DNA of 64,000 nt from Octopus vulgaris. Lineage: Eukaryota. The notes beneath the pieces were generated by a model. That model did no database searches and had not been told where the DNA came from. It was given only the letters and a program-made list of their open reading frames with translations. The translations under genes were made by a program, and so were the position numbers. Where the stretch lies: NCBI GenBank assembly GCA_951406725.2, contig OX597823.1, positions 61,752,001 through 61,816,000 of the forward strand, in the 5' to 3' direction. Shown one piece after another: positions 34,901-48,903 of this stretch; position 1 is the first letter of the stretch; the number at the start of each line of letters is the position of its first letter.

Positions 34901-35249
34901 AAATTGTAGTGGAGTGTGATTTAAGGCCTAGGCCTATTTGGCTGCTATATTTAGTATGCATGATAACCATCTCAATGACTGTGACAAAAATATTCAATTG
35001 ATAAGCAAGTTCACTTTTTTAATACTCATGCGAGTAGTCAAATCAATAAAAGTGCATCCTTATTCTAGGCATGCCTAGATATCAGTAAATGCAGAATTAA
35101 TTTCTATAAATTCATTGCCACCCACCAAATGTTCATATCACCCACCAAAATCTCAAATCGCCCACCATTTTCTAGAAATTCGCCCATCATTCACTTGTAA
35201 GTTGTAATCACCCACCTGTGGGTAATATCACCCACTTTGGGAAGCTATG
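31926..35249 (-). mobile_element. hAT (Buster/ZBED5-like) transposon, near full length, decayed
   Basis: KSGKSHTIGETLL..IPLSNNIISQRIDEM..SIQVDEST. Termini CAATGTTTCCCAAA / TTTGGGAAGCTATG; 8-bp flanks CTACATAG / CTATAAAG (6/8). An RTE-tail repeat is nested at 34061-34362. Confidence 0.85.
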
Positions 35250-36875
35250 CTATAAAGATTTTATCCCTGATTTTAATTGATATATATATATATATATACA
35301 TATATATTTATATGTACACACAGCAAGCTTCTTTTACTGTACACCTACATGACTTCACTCACATGACTTCAGTCACCCCAAGGCTATAGTAGAAGACACT
35401 TGCCCAAGGTGCCACCAAGTGGGACTGAACCCAGAACTATGTGGTTGGAAAGCAAACATTTTACCACTCAGCTTGCCCATTCCTATGTTGCAAATAATTG
35501 TTAACACAGTTACAAAGATTGCCATGTGGTTCATTTGATAATTATGTTGTTCCAGGTTCAATCCTACCACATGGTAAATTGGTCAAATATCTTATATCTT
35601 AGCCTTGGGCTAACGAAAACATTGCATTGTGCGTGTGTGTGTGTGTGTGTTAGCATGAAATGAAAAACCATAAGAAATGAGTGCATCATTTCTTTAATCT
35701 AATCAATAACAACTGCTAATTCATATTAAGCCTTTCTTTAAATATGTTCATAGATTTCATTGCATAAAAAAAGAAACTGATCGATTGCATGTGTGTGTGT
35801 CTGTGTGTGTGCGTGTGCGTGTGAGCACGCACTTTAGAAAATGAAGAAATAATGTCAATACAAAGTGTCAACAAATTTCAACCAACACATGCTTTAAAAA
35901 ATACCACAAAAAGAAAACAAACAAAAAAACAAAAGATTAACAGTGAGAAAATTAGGCTCAAAGAATTAATGAAGGAAATAATTCTTTGAAAATGTTTAAA
36001 AAAAGGAGATAAAAAATCAATATTATGTGTAGTTTTGGTTTGGTTACATGCTTCTGTTAACATTGCGATTATAATTTCATTATATGTTTCTGCTTTCTTT
36101 TCTATCAACATTCATTGAGAATGTACCCAGGGTGAACATTGTAGGGTTATAGGTCAGAGGTTATTGACATGATTCTTCATCTGATACGACCCCTTGGTAG
36201 AGGTGGTGGTGGTTTTTAGAGTGAGTGATGATGATAATGTTAATGATTAATGATCATGATGGATGGCAGGGGTTGGCAGCAGTAGGGGTGTGTGACAGTC
36301 ATGATGGATGTTTGTGACCATGTCGATTATGGAGGTGGTAAAGACTATGCAGTGATGATGATGATGATTATGATGATAAATACAAGGACAAGTTGGTGTA
36401 TGCGATGACAATGGGAATTGCGATGGTGATTGTGGTGGTGTTGAAGGTGGTGGGTATGGTCATGATGATTACTTGTGGGTCATTGTTATGATGCTGATGA
36501 TGATAGTAGTCGAGGTGGTGGTGGTGGTGGTGGTTGGTGGTTCAACAAACAACAGCAATGTTACTGGTAGTTACAGCCACCACCCTACTACAATCACCTT
36601 GACTGGCACCACTACTAATGTTACCATCACCCCCACCACCAATGCCATCACCTCCACCGTCACCACCATCATCACCACTACCGCCACCACCATCATCATC
36701 ACCACTACCACCACCACTACCAACACTACGTGAGATTTACAATGACGTTAGCAGTGACAATAAAAACTTGACGATATGATTTCGAAAATATTATCTGATT
36801 AATTCTAAGAAATTACTTTCATATTTCTTTTATTTCTTCAACTAAAAATTTCAACATTCCATCATTTCATTTCAG

Positions 36876-36931
36876 TCTTGTATTAAAACCTCGACAGATT
36901 TCTACAACAGAAACGATCAAGTGCATTGGCA
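36876..36931 (+). CDS. Candidate small internal exon of an unidentified plus-strand gene
   Basis: catttcatttcag| 56 nt |gtaaga; two frames open (LVLKPRQISTTETIKCIG or SCIKTSTDFYNRNDQVHW). Confidence 0.35.
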
Positions 36932-37811
36932 GTAAGATGTAATTCAGTGATCTTTTAAAGGCCGTTAGTTTAAAAGGTTAATGTTACTACATATTGAACT
37001 GTCTTTGACATTCAACCTCACATCTTCTTTCTTTTTTACTCAGCATTCATAGTGTTAGTAGAATTCGGTAAATTCAGTGTACAGAAAAATGTCACACATT
37101 ACATATATACATGCTGAGATTTTTAGTTCATGCAAAGGAGGAAAAAAGTAGGGTAAGGTTTAAAGAATTCTTTAAACAGATTTTGAAGTGAAGAATTTTG
37201 CGATTTGTTTCAAAGCGTTACTTAAGTAAATGTAATGCAGTGTGTTATTTGAATGTGAAAGGTAATATAGTGATAGCAGTAAGATTTGAACACATACTCT
37301 TAAGTTCAGTAGCTTAGCACATTGACCTTACTCAGTAACATATACAAACGTGTGTGTAAATGTGTATGTATGTTCTCTTCTATTTTACTTATTTGAAGTC
37401 TTCCAATAAGGAAGAAATTGGTTTCTAACGAAGATACAAAGTTTCATTGTTGAAATATAAATAGCAAAAGTAATGTCACATGATGAACTTGAGAAAAATT
37501 TTACATATTTTTGTTGTTTTCTTTACAGATTCTATTTGTAATGTGTGTGTTAGCTTGATTTCTTTTTCTGAAAGCCCAAGTTATTTCAGATTGTCACTTA
37601 GACATTTACTCACAAAATCAAGTGCACAAATTATAAGTATTGATGTGAATTTACAATCGACATATAGAAGCTGAAGCTTTTGAAGCTGTTGTCCATAATT
37701 ACTTTCTTTCTCTTTGATTTTTGAAGAGATATTCACATCAGCAGGGCAGCTGACCTCTGTGATGGCACATATTTCTTCTTGACTGTTTCAAACAACTAAT
37801 ATTTCTAAAAG

Positions 37812-38112
37812 TGGAGGTGCAATGGCCCAGTGGTCAGGGCAGTGGACTCGCAGTTGGAGGATCGCAGTTTCAATTCCCACACCGGGCGTTGTGTGTGTTT
37901 ATTGAGCGAAAACACCTAAAGCTCCATGAGGTTTCGGCAGGGGGTGGTGGCGACCCCTGTTGTACTCTTTCGCCCCAACTTTCTCTCACCCTCTCTTCTT
38001 GTTTCTGCAATGGACTTGCGTCCCCTCCAGCTGGGGGGAACACATATGCCACAGAAACCAGGGAAACCAGGCCCATGAGCCTGGCTAGGCTTGAAAAGGG
38101 CACATAAATAAA
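37812..38112 (+). mobile_element. tRNA-derived SINE, family C
   Basis: Same head and body as 2375-2672. Confidence 0.8.
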
Positions 38113-39051
38113 AAAATAAAAGATATTTCTAAAATTATTTTCCTTTGGTGGTTTGTTGCTGTACTGAAGATGAGTTTGAGCATCCATATCAAGTATATTT
38201 TAAATTTAGATAAAGTTCTATATGTGCAATTATAGTCCTTTTATGTGGAACAAAAGCCTGGATGCTTACCAAAAACTGGAATCCAAGCTAGATAGAACTT
38301 AAACAAATCTTGAAGAACTCGTCCCCACAAGAAACAGCCGTATGGAGATCTGCTTGTTTCCATCAGCATAATGGAAAGGCACTTGCACTTTGCAGGACAT
38401 TGCTTGTAAGATAAACAAGAGCCAGCAAGTGACCTACTGCTATGGAGCTGGTTGTCTGCCTCCCTGAAACGTCTACTCAACTAATGCTGGACTAAGATGG
38501 ATGGCATATGTGGGTTAAAAATGTCTGAGCAAGCTCAACCAGATGATGATGATGATGCTGTCCAGTTAAAAGAATTTGTTTGATATTTTCCTAATTGGTT
38601 TGTTTGCTGGTTTACCATCATCTGCTTGCATTGTGGTGGATTTTTTTCAATGACAACTACAATATTTAGTTACATTGAAATTCTTGTGTAGTTTAAAGAT
38701 TCATTCAGCCTTAAACTTGAAATCTGATCCTTCAGCTAAATACAAGCAAGTACCATAATTTGGTCTTGTGCATTTTTGAAGAGTCAAGCTGAAAATTTAT
38801 AAACACATTTAAAATTTTCCATTTTTGTCTAGACTTCAAAAAAGCTAATTTTTAAAAAAATTTCTGAAGTACCTTATCTGAAAAGTTTATGGAAATCAAT
38901 ATAAAGAAGAAAATAAATTAATTGCTACTTGCAATTTTATGTTTTACAAGTTTATTGACTTGTATCAGTATGTATTAACAGGCAAAAAAAAACCCAAAAA
39001 AATGAAGAGTTTTCATCATTTTTTTGTTTTTTGTTTATTTTTATTTTAATT

Positions 39052-39455
39052 ACTCTTTTACTTGTTTCAGTCATTTGACTGCGGCCATGCTGGAGCACCG
39101 CCTTTAGTCGAGCAAATCGACCCCGGGACTTATTCTTTGTAAGCCCAGTACTTATTCTATCGGTCTCTTTTGCCAAACCGCTAAGTGACGGGGACGTAAA
39201 CACACAAGCATCGGTTGTCAAGCAATGTTAGGGGGACAAACACAGACACACAAACACACACACACATACATATATATATATACATATATACGACAGGCTT
39301 CTTTCAGTTTCCGTCTACCAAATCCACTCACAAGGTATTGGTCGGCCCGGGGCTATAGCAGAAGACACTTGCCCAAGATGCCACGCAGTGGGACTGAACC
39401 CGGAACCATGTGGTTGGTTAGCAAGCTACTTACCACACAGCCACTCCTGCGCCTA
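39052..39455 (-). mobile_element. tRNA-derived SINE, family B (young, CpG-retaining copy)
   Basis: Full head-microsatellite-tail structure, matching 5179-5578. Confidence 0.88.
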
Positions 39456-39590
39456 TTGTAATAGAGTTATTTGTTTTAATTTTCTCTTCTCATTGTGTAT
39501 GACCTTATAGCAGCTGAGAGATTTCTTGATTTGCTTTTGGACATCCAAGATTCCTTATACATTTGAAATCGCATCCACTCTTATGTGCTT

Positions 39591-39639
<49 letters not shown>

Positions 39640-40663
39640 ACATTATCATCCATTATCATTTAATTTCTAAGTGCCATGCTGTCATAGATTGGATAGTTTT
39701 GAGAGGATCTGATGGACTCAAGGACTGCATCAAGCTCCAGTGTTTGCTGTGACATGGTTTCTATGGGTGGATGTACTTCCTAAAATCAACTACTTTACAA
39801 TGTGTACTGGGTACGATTTTGTGCCACCTGTACCTGTGAGATTGACATGCAGCCTGCAATACTATGCAGCCCAAGAGGTAACCTTTATGTTAAGAGATAT
39901 TTCTACCTTTAAAAATTCTGGAAATAACATCATGTTCTTTAACCCTATTGATACCAACATGCTTGAGACTGTCCGTGATTTTAAGATACAAATTTCCAGT
40001 TTTAAAGTTAACTAGATTAAAACCACCCAACGGAATTTTATTTCAATTTCTGTTTCAAACACCAACTTGATAACGACACACAATTATTTTAGTAAATATT
40101 CTTCATTATTTTCAAAATTAATCAAAATAACAAAGACAGAATAGTTAAACAGAAATATGGTAACAGAAGATTTCATTCAGAATTTTTTGATTTGTGTCTC
40201 AGTTCCATCTATTATGTTGGTGGTGATCGTCTTCATCATACTGAAGTTGCTGCTCTCAGTTTAAAACAGTTTTGTCATTTATACTTGCATCACATGAGTC
40301 ATATATTTCTCTGACATTCTCATCACATATTCTAAATTAGTCATAATGGACAATTTTTTTTTGAAAAGCAGGCCACATAGGACATGGCTCGTTATAGTTT
40401 ACAAGATCCTATGTTATATTCTCTATGTGATAGTATTCTAATTTCCATCTCTTTCAAACCCTACATCATTTCAATTTCTGAGTGCAATGTTAGAGTTCCA
40501 TGCTTTCTTCTGACAATTTTTAAATTAGAAACTCTTATCAACATTAGAAAACATTTTCATTTATGGATGTGTAATGTGTACGAAAATATGTCAGATACAT
40601 AATACTTAGGTGCAGTTTCAATACAGATTTCAAATTATCTGAAATGATTTTCCTATATATATA

Positions 40664-40852
40664 TTTCTTTACTACCCACAAGGGGCTAAACACAGACGGG
40701 ACAAACAAGGTCAGACAAACGGATTAAGTCGATTATATCGACCCCAGTGTGTAACTGGTACTTAATTTATCGACCCCGAAAGGATGAAAGGCAAAGTCGA
40801 CCTCGGCGGAATTTGAACTCGGAACGTGACGACAGACGAAATACAGCTACGC
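40664..40852 (-). mobile_element. SINE family A, 5'-truncated
   Basis: Reverse complement of the 857-1088 body. Confidence 0.82.
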
Positions 40853-41382
40853 ATCAAAATAAATATCAAATGGAAATTGTAGTTCTGATACCTGTGCCGG
40901 TGTCACATAAAAAGCACCATCCGAACGTGACCGAAGCCAGCGCTGCCTTGACTGGCTTCTGTACCAGTGGCACATGACCTGCTGTGCTTGAGGAGACCTA
41001 TTGAGTCAAGTACATCAACATCAAAATAAATATCAAATGGAAATTATAGCTGTGATACCTGTGCCAGTGGCACGTAAAAAAGCACCATCCGAACGTGGCC
41101 GATGCCAGCGCCACCTTGACTGGCTTCTGTGCTAGTTGCACGTAAAAAGCACCAACCGATCGTGGCCACTGCCAGCCTCCCCAGGCACCTGTGCCGGTGG
41201 CACGTAAAAAGCACCCACTACACTCAAGGAGTGGTTGGCGTTAGGAAGGGCATCCAGCTGTAGAAACACTGCCAGATCAGACTGGAGCCTGGTGCAGCTT
41301 CCTGGCTTCCCATATCCCGGTCAAACCATCCAGCCCATGCTTGCACAAAAAACGGATGTTAAATGATGATGATGATGATGAT
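40852..41382 (+). mobile_element. RTE 3' UTR-type repeat with tandem hairpin modules
   Basis: About five GTGCCGGTGGCACGTAAAAAGCACC-like modules, an internal duplication starting CATCAAAATAAATATCAAATGG, and a (GAT)n end. Confidence 0.78.
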
Positions 41383-41829
41383 TTTTCTATATATGTCTGG
41401 AAAAGTTATGCATCCTGTACCATGAACAATCTTATCATCTTTACACTCACTGAGTAAATTATCATGATAAATATCTTCAGTAGAAGCATTAGTAAAATTT
41501 TCTCACCTTTGACTAAACTCATTAGTCAGGATATAAATATTTTTAAGAAAACCTTTAATCAATGCACATGATAAATTAGGCCGAATATGTTATTGAACAC
41601 TGATTAGAGAAAAACACTGACAATGCTAGAGGAGGTGATTACTTACAAGTCTCCACATTAGCTCTTTGAAACGTTAGACTGGAAGTGAAGTGATAAAGCT
41701 GTAGATGGCAATGATGAGGCGATCTTTTTTTTTTGTAGAGGATGGAGCACACTGTCACAAGTTTATGCGTGTATGTATGTATGTATGTATGTATGTATGT
41801 ATGTATGTATGTATGTATGTATGTGTGTA

Positions 41830-41864
<35 letters not shown>

Positions 41865-41869
41865 GTATG

Positions 41870-41908
<39 letters not shown>

Positions 41909-42007
41909 ATGTATGTATGCATGCATGTATGTATGTATGAATGTATGAATGAATGGGATGTATTTTCTTTTCCTTGTATGTAAACTGTAAAATTTAACCA
42001 ATACACC

Positions 42008-42062
<55 letters not shown>

Positions 42063-42792
42063 GCACAGTAATCCATGGAATTACAATCAGGAGAATTCAG
42101 AGTTCAGAAATCGAGGCTGATGAAGTTGTAGAAAGTCTCCAGCAACCATTTCTGAGTCATTCCAGAGGTATGTCAAAGAGCTAAATCCTACTGTTACACA
42201 TATAGCCTTCCGGCAGCAACCCTCTTTAGCTAAGGTTTGACCACAATCTCCAGAAGCTTTACATAACAATCACAACATTGACATTTTGTTCATCATCATC
42301 ATAATCATCATCGTTTAACATCTAGCATGGGTTGGACAGTTCAACCGGGATCTGGGATGCCAGAAGGCTGTACCAGGCTCCAGTCTGATCTGGCAGTGTT
42401 TCTACAGCTGGATGCACTTCCTAACGCCAACCACTCTCTGAGTGTAGTGGGTGCTTTTTATGTTCCAGGTGAGGCTGGCAACGGCCACAATCAGATTGGT
42501 GCTTTTTACGTGCCACCAGCATGGGAGCCAGTCAAAGCAGCGCTGGCATCAGCCATGGTGGTGCTGGCATTGGCCAGGCAGTGCTGGCAGAACAAATCAT
42601 CTCGATACTGGTACATGTTTTCCAATATTCAGATGGCTTCCAGTCCTCCATGTCAGTGGTGGTACAAGATATTTCCCCAACAGTAAAGCTTAATCACTTA
42701 AATTTATAAAATAACTAGCAGCTAAGCCCGGTTTCACTTAGTCTGTTTGGATGATGTGGCTGTGATCGTTTTTGGTTAGGCATAATCTATAA

Positions 42793-43018
42793 CAGTGTTT
42801 CTCAACCTTATCATTCCGGGTCCCCTGTTTCGATTGGAGCCTCTAGCTGTATGAAAATTTCCTGACTTCCCCTATCACATTGTCAGATTTTTCATGGGCT
42901 GGCTGGTCTACCTAAGATACATGGGGAGCTGAATTAAATTTTTTATCTACACGGGAGCAGAAATAAATTTTTCAATGTCCAAGGAAAGCTGAATTGCGAA
43001 AAAGGTTAAGAAACGCTG
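42793..43018. mobile_element. hAT-type MITE
   Basis: TIRs CAGTGTTTCTCAACCTT / AAGGTTAAGAAACGCTG; 8-bp TSD ATCTATAA / ATCTATAG. Confidence 0.85.
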
Positions 43019-44221
43019 ATCTATAGTGATGGTTTTTATTTAGGCACATTGTAAAAGTAGGTATAAAGAATTGCTGAATATAACGATGATTCATTATAGC
43101 AGAAGTAACAAAAAGAAATCAAGCAAAAAACAAAATGGCTTTTGAACAAACATAATTGAAAAATAATTATAAATTTTTGTTTAGCTTTATCTTATATTTA
43201 TATTATTATAAGTATATTTATTAACTTAATGTTGTTATGATTTATTCAGAATTTTGTTTGTCTAAACTATTTATTGAGTTTGTTGATCCAGAAATAATAA
43301 ATTTCTATCTATATTCAATGAACTCTACTACCTACATTGGTCTACTCAAGTCAACAATACTTTATTAAGATGCTGCCTTCTTAAGTATTGTTTCTCTATA
43401 AAAATAGACAATGTTGGTTATATGTGTGTAGTACATACAATAGGGCTATGAAATGTTGACATCATTGCTGACTTGACAGTAGATAAAATATTAAACGATA
43501 AAATGTCACCATTTTTGCCTGCATATGGAAATAGAAAATGCATATGTGTTTGGCTGAGATTTATGTATGTATTATCTTTAATACATGATTTTCTGACATT
43601 TTACAGTGATGTGGTTTCTATTGTGGGAAATATGAATTCTTTGGAAATATATGTTTCTATTTCAGCCCAAAGCAGATGACAAGCTTCTGAAATGGTAAAT
43701 TACAGTAAACAGTATTACTTTAATATCAGGAACATTGCACAGCATTCAATGGATAGCAATCATTTTTAGTCAATAATATTCAACGATAAAGAAAAGTGTT
43801 GATTTTTACTAGTCTTGCTGCCCCTTGCAAAAACCATAAATACAGTCCTTCTTATGAAACGATTAGAAAAAGAAAGAAAAAAAAAGAAAAAGCAGCTACT
43901 TGATATCACAAGCATTGACTGGTAATCATGAACATTCATTTGCAGTTGCTGCCAATCACTATTGAACACATGCCATCAAAAGCAATCATTACCCTCTGCT
44001 AGTGATCTCTAGCAATTATTACCAATCACGAGCTGTAACTTAACACACTCACACACACTAATAATTGATTTCTAACTATGATACAAAATGGCAAGTTTTG
44101 GAGGAGTTTGCAGCCATTTAAATAGATTCCAGTACATGGCAGATGCTGCAATTATATGAATTATTAATAATATATATTACTAGTACTACTACTAACAACA
44201 ACAACAACAACAACAACAACA

Positions 44222-44266
<45 letters not shown>

Positions 44267-45075
44267 GCTGCTACTGCTGCTGCTGCTGTTGTTGATGCTA
44301 CTACTACTACTATTTATAATAATAAAAAATTATTATTTCTACTCTAGACACAAGGCCCTGAAAATTTTTCAGGGAAGGGGGCTAGTCGATTACATCGACT
44401 CCAATGCATAACTGGTACTTATTTCATCGATCCCGAAAGGATGTCAGGTAAGGTCAACCTCAGTGGAATTTGAACTCAGAATGTAGTGGCAGATGAAATA
44501 CCGCTAAGCATTTCGCCCGGCATGCTAACAATTCTGCCAGCTCACCACTCTAATAATAATAATAATGATAATAATGATGATGAGGAGGAGGAGGAGGAGG
44601 AGGAGGGGGAGGAGGAGGAGGACGACGACGACGACAACAACGACAACAACAACAACAACAACAACAACAATAATAATAATAATAATAATATTAATAATAA
44701 TGGTTTCTAATTTAGGCACAAGGTCATCATCTTTGAGAGAAGATGGTTAATACCATTGATCCTAGTACTAGCCTGCTACTCTACTTTATTAACTGTGGAA
44801 AGATGAAAGACAAAATGACTTCACCAGGACTTGAACTCAAAAAATAAAAATCTAGAACAGATACCATAAAGCTTTTTTGACTGACACTCTAACAAATCTT
44901 TACCAATTCAACGACAAACACTAATAATTAACAGCAATTAATAATAATTAGTTGCAGTCTAGACTAATTAATATGCACTCACTTCAATTACTAACAATCA
45001 GCAATAACTAACATCTAGTATCATCCTCTTCATCATTGTTGTCGTTGTGGCCATTATCACCATCACCATCATCAC

Positions 45076-45112
<37 letters not shown>

Positions 45113-46675
45113 GTTTTATGTCCACTTTCCATGCTGGTATGGATAGGATGTGTTAGTGTTGTCTGAGACAGTTCTTATTTAGAGTTACTACCATCTTTGG
45201 TATACTCAGGAAGGATCATGTATCACTTGTAGATTTTGCTCTGCCATAGTTTCTATAGATGGACGTCCTTCCTAATACCAACCACTTTATAGAGTGTACT
45301 GGGTGCATTTCATTGTAACATCAGCAATTTAGAGAATATATCAAGGTTGTAACATCACCCTTAAGAAAACCAAAACTATAATCCTTTAGCATTCAGATAA
45401 CTATGTTAAATGTAATGCTTGTATATTCACATTGTTTTAAATTAACCATGCATTATCTTTTAGCTTTGAGATTTTGATGATGTGATTGTTTACTTTTAGT
45501 TTGACATTGCAGGGTAGGTGTGAGAGACCAGACTTTGCCAGATAGAACATAAAACAGAATATTTTGGCCAGATGTGGCTTGTTTAACCCTTTCGTTACGA
45601 GCCTGGCAGAAAATGGCTCTGGCTCTGAGTACAAATGTCTTGTTTCCATAAGTTTTGAATTAAAATCTTCCACCAAACCTTAGTCACAATTTATGTTCCT
45701 AACACTGATTGATAACTAAGTTATTTTACTAAATTCTTTGCTATATTTAAAGTAATTGAAAGAAAAGAGCATCTCAAAATAAATACGACAATGAAAGGGT
45801 TAAATACTGAAGGGATAATGCCCTCTCAACACTGTGGTGTCTACAATCATTTGTCAATTACTTTACAGAAATTTAAAAGATGTTTCATCCAGCAAAAATG
45901 CCTCTAGGAAGTTGTTCCATCTGCTAGAAACAGCAAGCAAATCTCCCACAGATCTTTGATTTACTGCAACTTATATACAAATGGATTAATTAGTGTATTT
46001 TCCTGGGTACAAGTAAGATATATTAGATCAAAATTGACAGCAAAGAGAAATTAAGTCGACTTATGCAGCAAGACAACTTTGGAGAACCAAAAATTCCATG
46101 TGAAATGCAACAGGATTCAGAAGGATACTGACAATGTTTGAATGATGTTTGTGCTACATGTTTACACTATATACTGCTTTGAGTTGTATGCCAGAAAATA
46201 TGGTATTTACTAATTTATCCAATGACACTGAGTTAACACAGCAAGCAGGCAAAATCATTAGTACACAAAATAATGCTTTTTGGTATTTCATTCATCTTCA
46301 CATTCTGAGTTCAAATTCTACCAAGGTCAACTAAATTTCATCCTTCTGGGGTTGATAAAATAAGACCCGTTTAAACACTGTGATTGATGTAATCAACATA
46401 CCCCACCTCTCTTGAACTTGCTGGCCTTTTGCCAAAATTTGAAACGATTGGAGTTAGTTACTTTCTACTTTGGATGATTCCTCTGCCTGCTTTAAACATG
46501 ATCACTTCAATTGCTTTTATTATATTTCATTTATTTTAACAAGCGATTAAATTTTATCAATGACTTTAAACTGTGATGAATGTCTTGTCTAGCAATATGG
46601 ATTGATGATTGATTTTTTTTTTAATGCTTCCAACATTTATTATGTCAACACCAATTTGACTATTTGTTTTGCAAA

Positions 46676-47087
46676 GCACAGGCATAGCTGTGTGTTAAGA
46701 AGTTTGCGGTGAGCTGGCAGAAACTTTAGCATGCCGGGCGAAATGCTTAGCGGTATTTCGTCTGCCATTTCGTCTGAGTTCAAATTCCGCCAAGGTCAAC
46801 TTTGCCTTTCATCCTTTTCGGGTTGATTAAATAAGTACCAGTTACACAGTGAGGTCAATGTAATCGACTTAATCCCTTTGTCTGTCCTTGTTTATCCCCT
46901 CTATGTTTAGCCCCTTGTGGGCAATAAAGAAATAAGAAGTTTGCTTCCCAACCACATGGTCTTGGTTTCATTCCCATTGTGTGGCACCTTGGGTAAATGT
47001 CTTTTGCTATAGCCCTGGGACAACCAAAGCCTTGTGAGAGGATTTCGTACATGGAAACTGAAGGAAATCTGTTATGTGTGTGTGTGC

Positions 47088-47127
<40 letters not shown>

Positions 47128-47345
47128 GTATGTATGTATGTATGTATTTGTGTGTCTTTGTGTGTCACTGCTTGGCAACTGGTGTTGGTTTGTTTATGTC
47201 TCTGTAACTCAGTGGTTCAGTAAAGGACATCCATAGAATAAATTCCAAAGTTAAAAAATTAAGTACTGGAGTTGGTTTGATTGACTAAACCCTTCAAAGC
47301 AGTGTCCCAGCATGGCTGCAGTCCAATGACTGACACAAGTAAGAT
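46676..47345 (+). mobile_element. Family-B SINE with nested family-A SINE (46706-46933)
   Basis: The B head is interrupted after TAAGAAGTTT and resumes with TAAGAAGTTTGCTTCCC, which is a target-site duplication. Confidence 0.82.
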
Positions 47346-48060
47346 CTAAAAAACAAAAAAGATGAAAAGAAGATACTGACATAAATGATATTAGATATCA
47401 GATACACTGATCTGAAACTGTAAAAAAAGTAACATGTTCATATGTGGCTGGTTACTTCCCCACCTCAGTTCAAAATGCCAAATAGCAGTCTCCCTCCCAG
47501 TACATGACAAATCATCACAAAACTCAGTCCTTGTTAAAATGTGGTAATGTATGTGCCTCAGTGACCCTAGTAGGGCCTCCCATGCAGGACAGGTCAAAAG
47601 ATGGAGGCCAGATTAATATGAACAACGTTTTCCCTTACATAAAAATGGGTTTGTGTAAGACCAACACCTCTACCTAGCAAAAAGGCAAAATACAGAAACA
47701 TTCATCATAATCATCATCATCATTATCGTCATCATCTTCATACATCTGTTTTCCATGCTGGCATGGGTTGGACGGTTTGGCAGGAGTTGACCAGCTGGAG
47801 AGCTGCACCAGGCTCCAACTGTCAGTTTTGGCATGGTTTCTATGGCCAGATGCCCTTCCTAACACCTACCTCTGAAAAGAGTGTACTAGGTGCTTTTTAT
47901 GTGGCAATTCAAAACAAACATGGCCTGAGAGAGGCCCTACCTCAGTGGGGATCCACAGGGATGTGGAAGATAGAACAGCCCAGAGTTAAGAACACTGGGG
48001 AGAAGTCACTGATGGCCAATACCCCATAGGGAGCAAAGAGCTTAACTATATAAATACAGA

Positions 48061-48292
48061 AAGGCGGTGAGCTGGCAGAATCATTAGCACGCCGGACGAA
48101 ATGCGTAACTGTATTTCGTCTGCCGTTACATTCTGGGTTCAAATTCTGCCGAGGTCAATTTTGCCTTTCATCCTTTCGGGGTCGATAAATAAAGTACCAG
48201 TTACGCACTGGGGTCGAGGTAATCGACTTAATCCCCTTGTCTGTCTTTGTTTGTCCCCTCTATATTTAGCCCCTTGTGGGCAATAAAGAAAT
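48061..48292 (+). mobile_element. SINE family A with TSD
   Basis: Full length; flanked by TATATAAATACAG on both sides. Confidence 0.88.
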
Positions 48293-48684
48293 ATATATAA
48301 ATACAGGAATGGCTCTTATTGTATCTAACCCTTTAGCACTCAGACCAGCCATATCTGGCCCAAACGTTTCTACCTGTTTTATATTCAAGCCATCCAGATT
48401 CAGCTTTTCACACTTATCCTAAAATGTCATTCTAAAAGTAAACAATCACATCAACAAAATCTCAAAAGTATAATTAATTCAAAACAGAATGGACAAATAA
48501 GCATTACAATTAACAAAGTAATCATCATCATCATCATTTTAACATCTGTTGTCCATGCTGGCATGAGTTGGATGGTTTGACCAGAGCTGACAAGCTGAGG
48601 AACTGCACCAGATTCCAGTCTGATTTGGCATAGTTTCTACAGCTGGATGCCTTTCCTAACACCAACCATTTTACAAAGCATGCT

Positions 48685-48868
48685 GAGTGCTTTTACATGA
48701 CACCACACAGGTACTTTTGCATGGTGCCACATGAGAGCTTTTATATGGTGCTGCATGGGCAATTTTACATGGCATCACATGGGTGCTTTTGCATGTTGGC
48801 ACCAGGGTGCTTTTACATGGTACTGCATGGATGCTTTTACATGGCAATACCATGAGTGCTTTACATCA
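48685..48868. repeat. ~20-bp minisatellite (GTGCTTTTACATGGCACCACAT-like, about 9 units)
   Basis: Direct inspection; the unit is the reverse complement of the RTE-tail module. Confidence 0.8.
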
Positions 48869-48903
48869 CCAGAAGGATTGGCAAGTAAATCCTTAATCAA
48901 GTA

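Noticed and set aside
42714-42760. ACTAGCAG...CCCGG motif resembling Helentron/HINE termini (also near 1252)
   Set aside because: Only a short motif; no matching other end found.
44555-44702. Acidic and Asn-rich ORF (poly-E/D/N)
   Set aside because: Compound trinucleotide microsatellite flanked by SINEs; no splice context.
48685-48868. Regularly spaced ~20-bp repeats superficially like a CRISPR array
   Set aside because: No unique spacers, eukaryotic context, and the unit derives from the RTE tail module.
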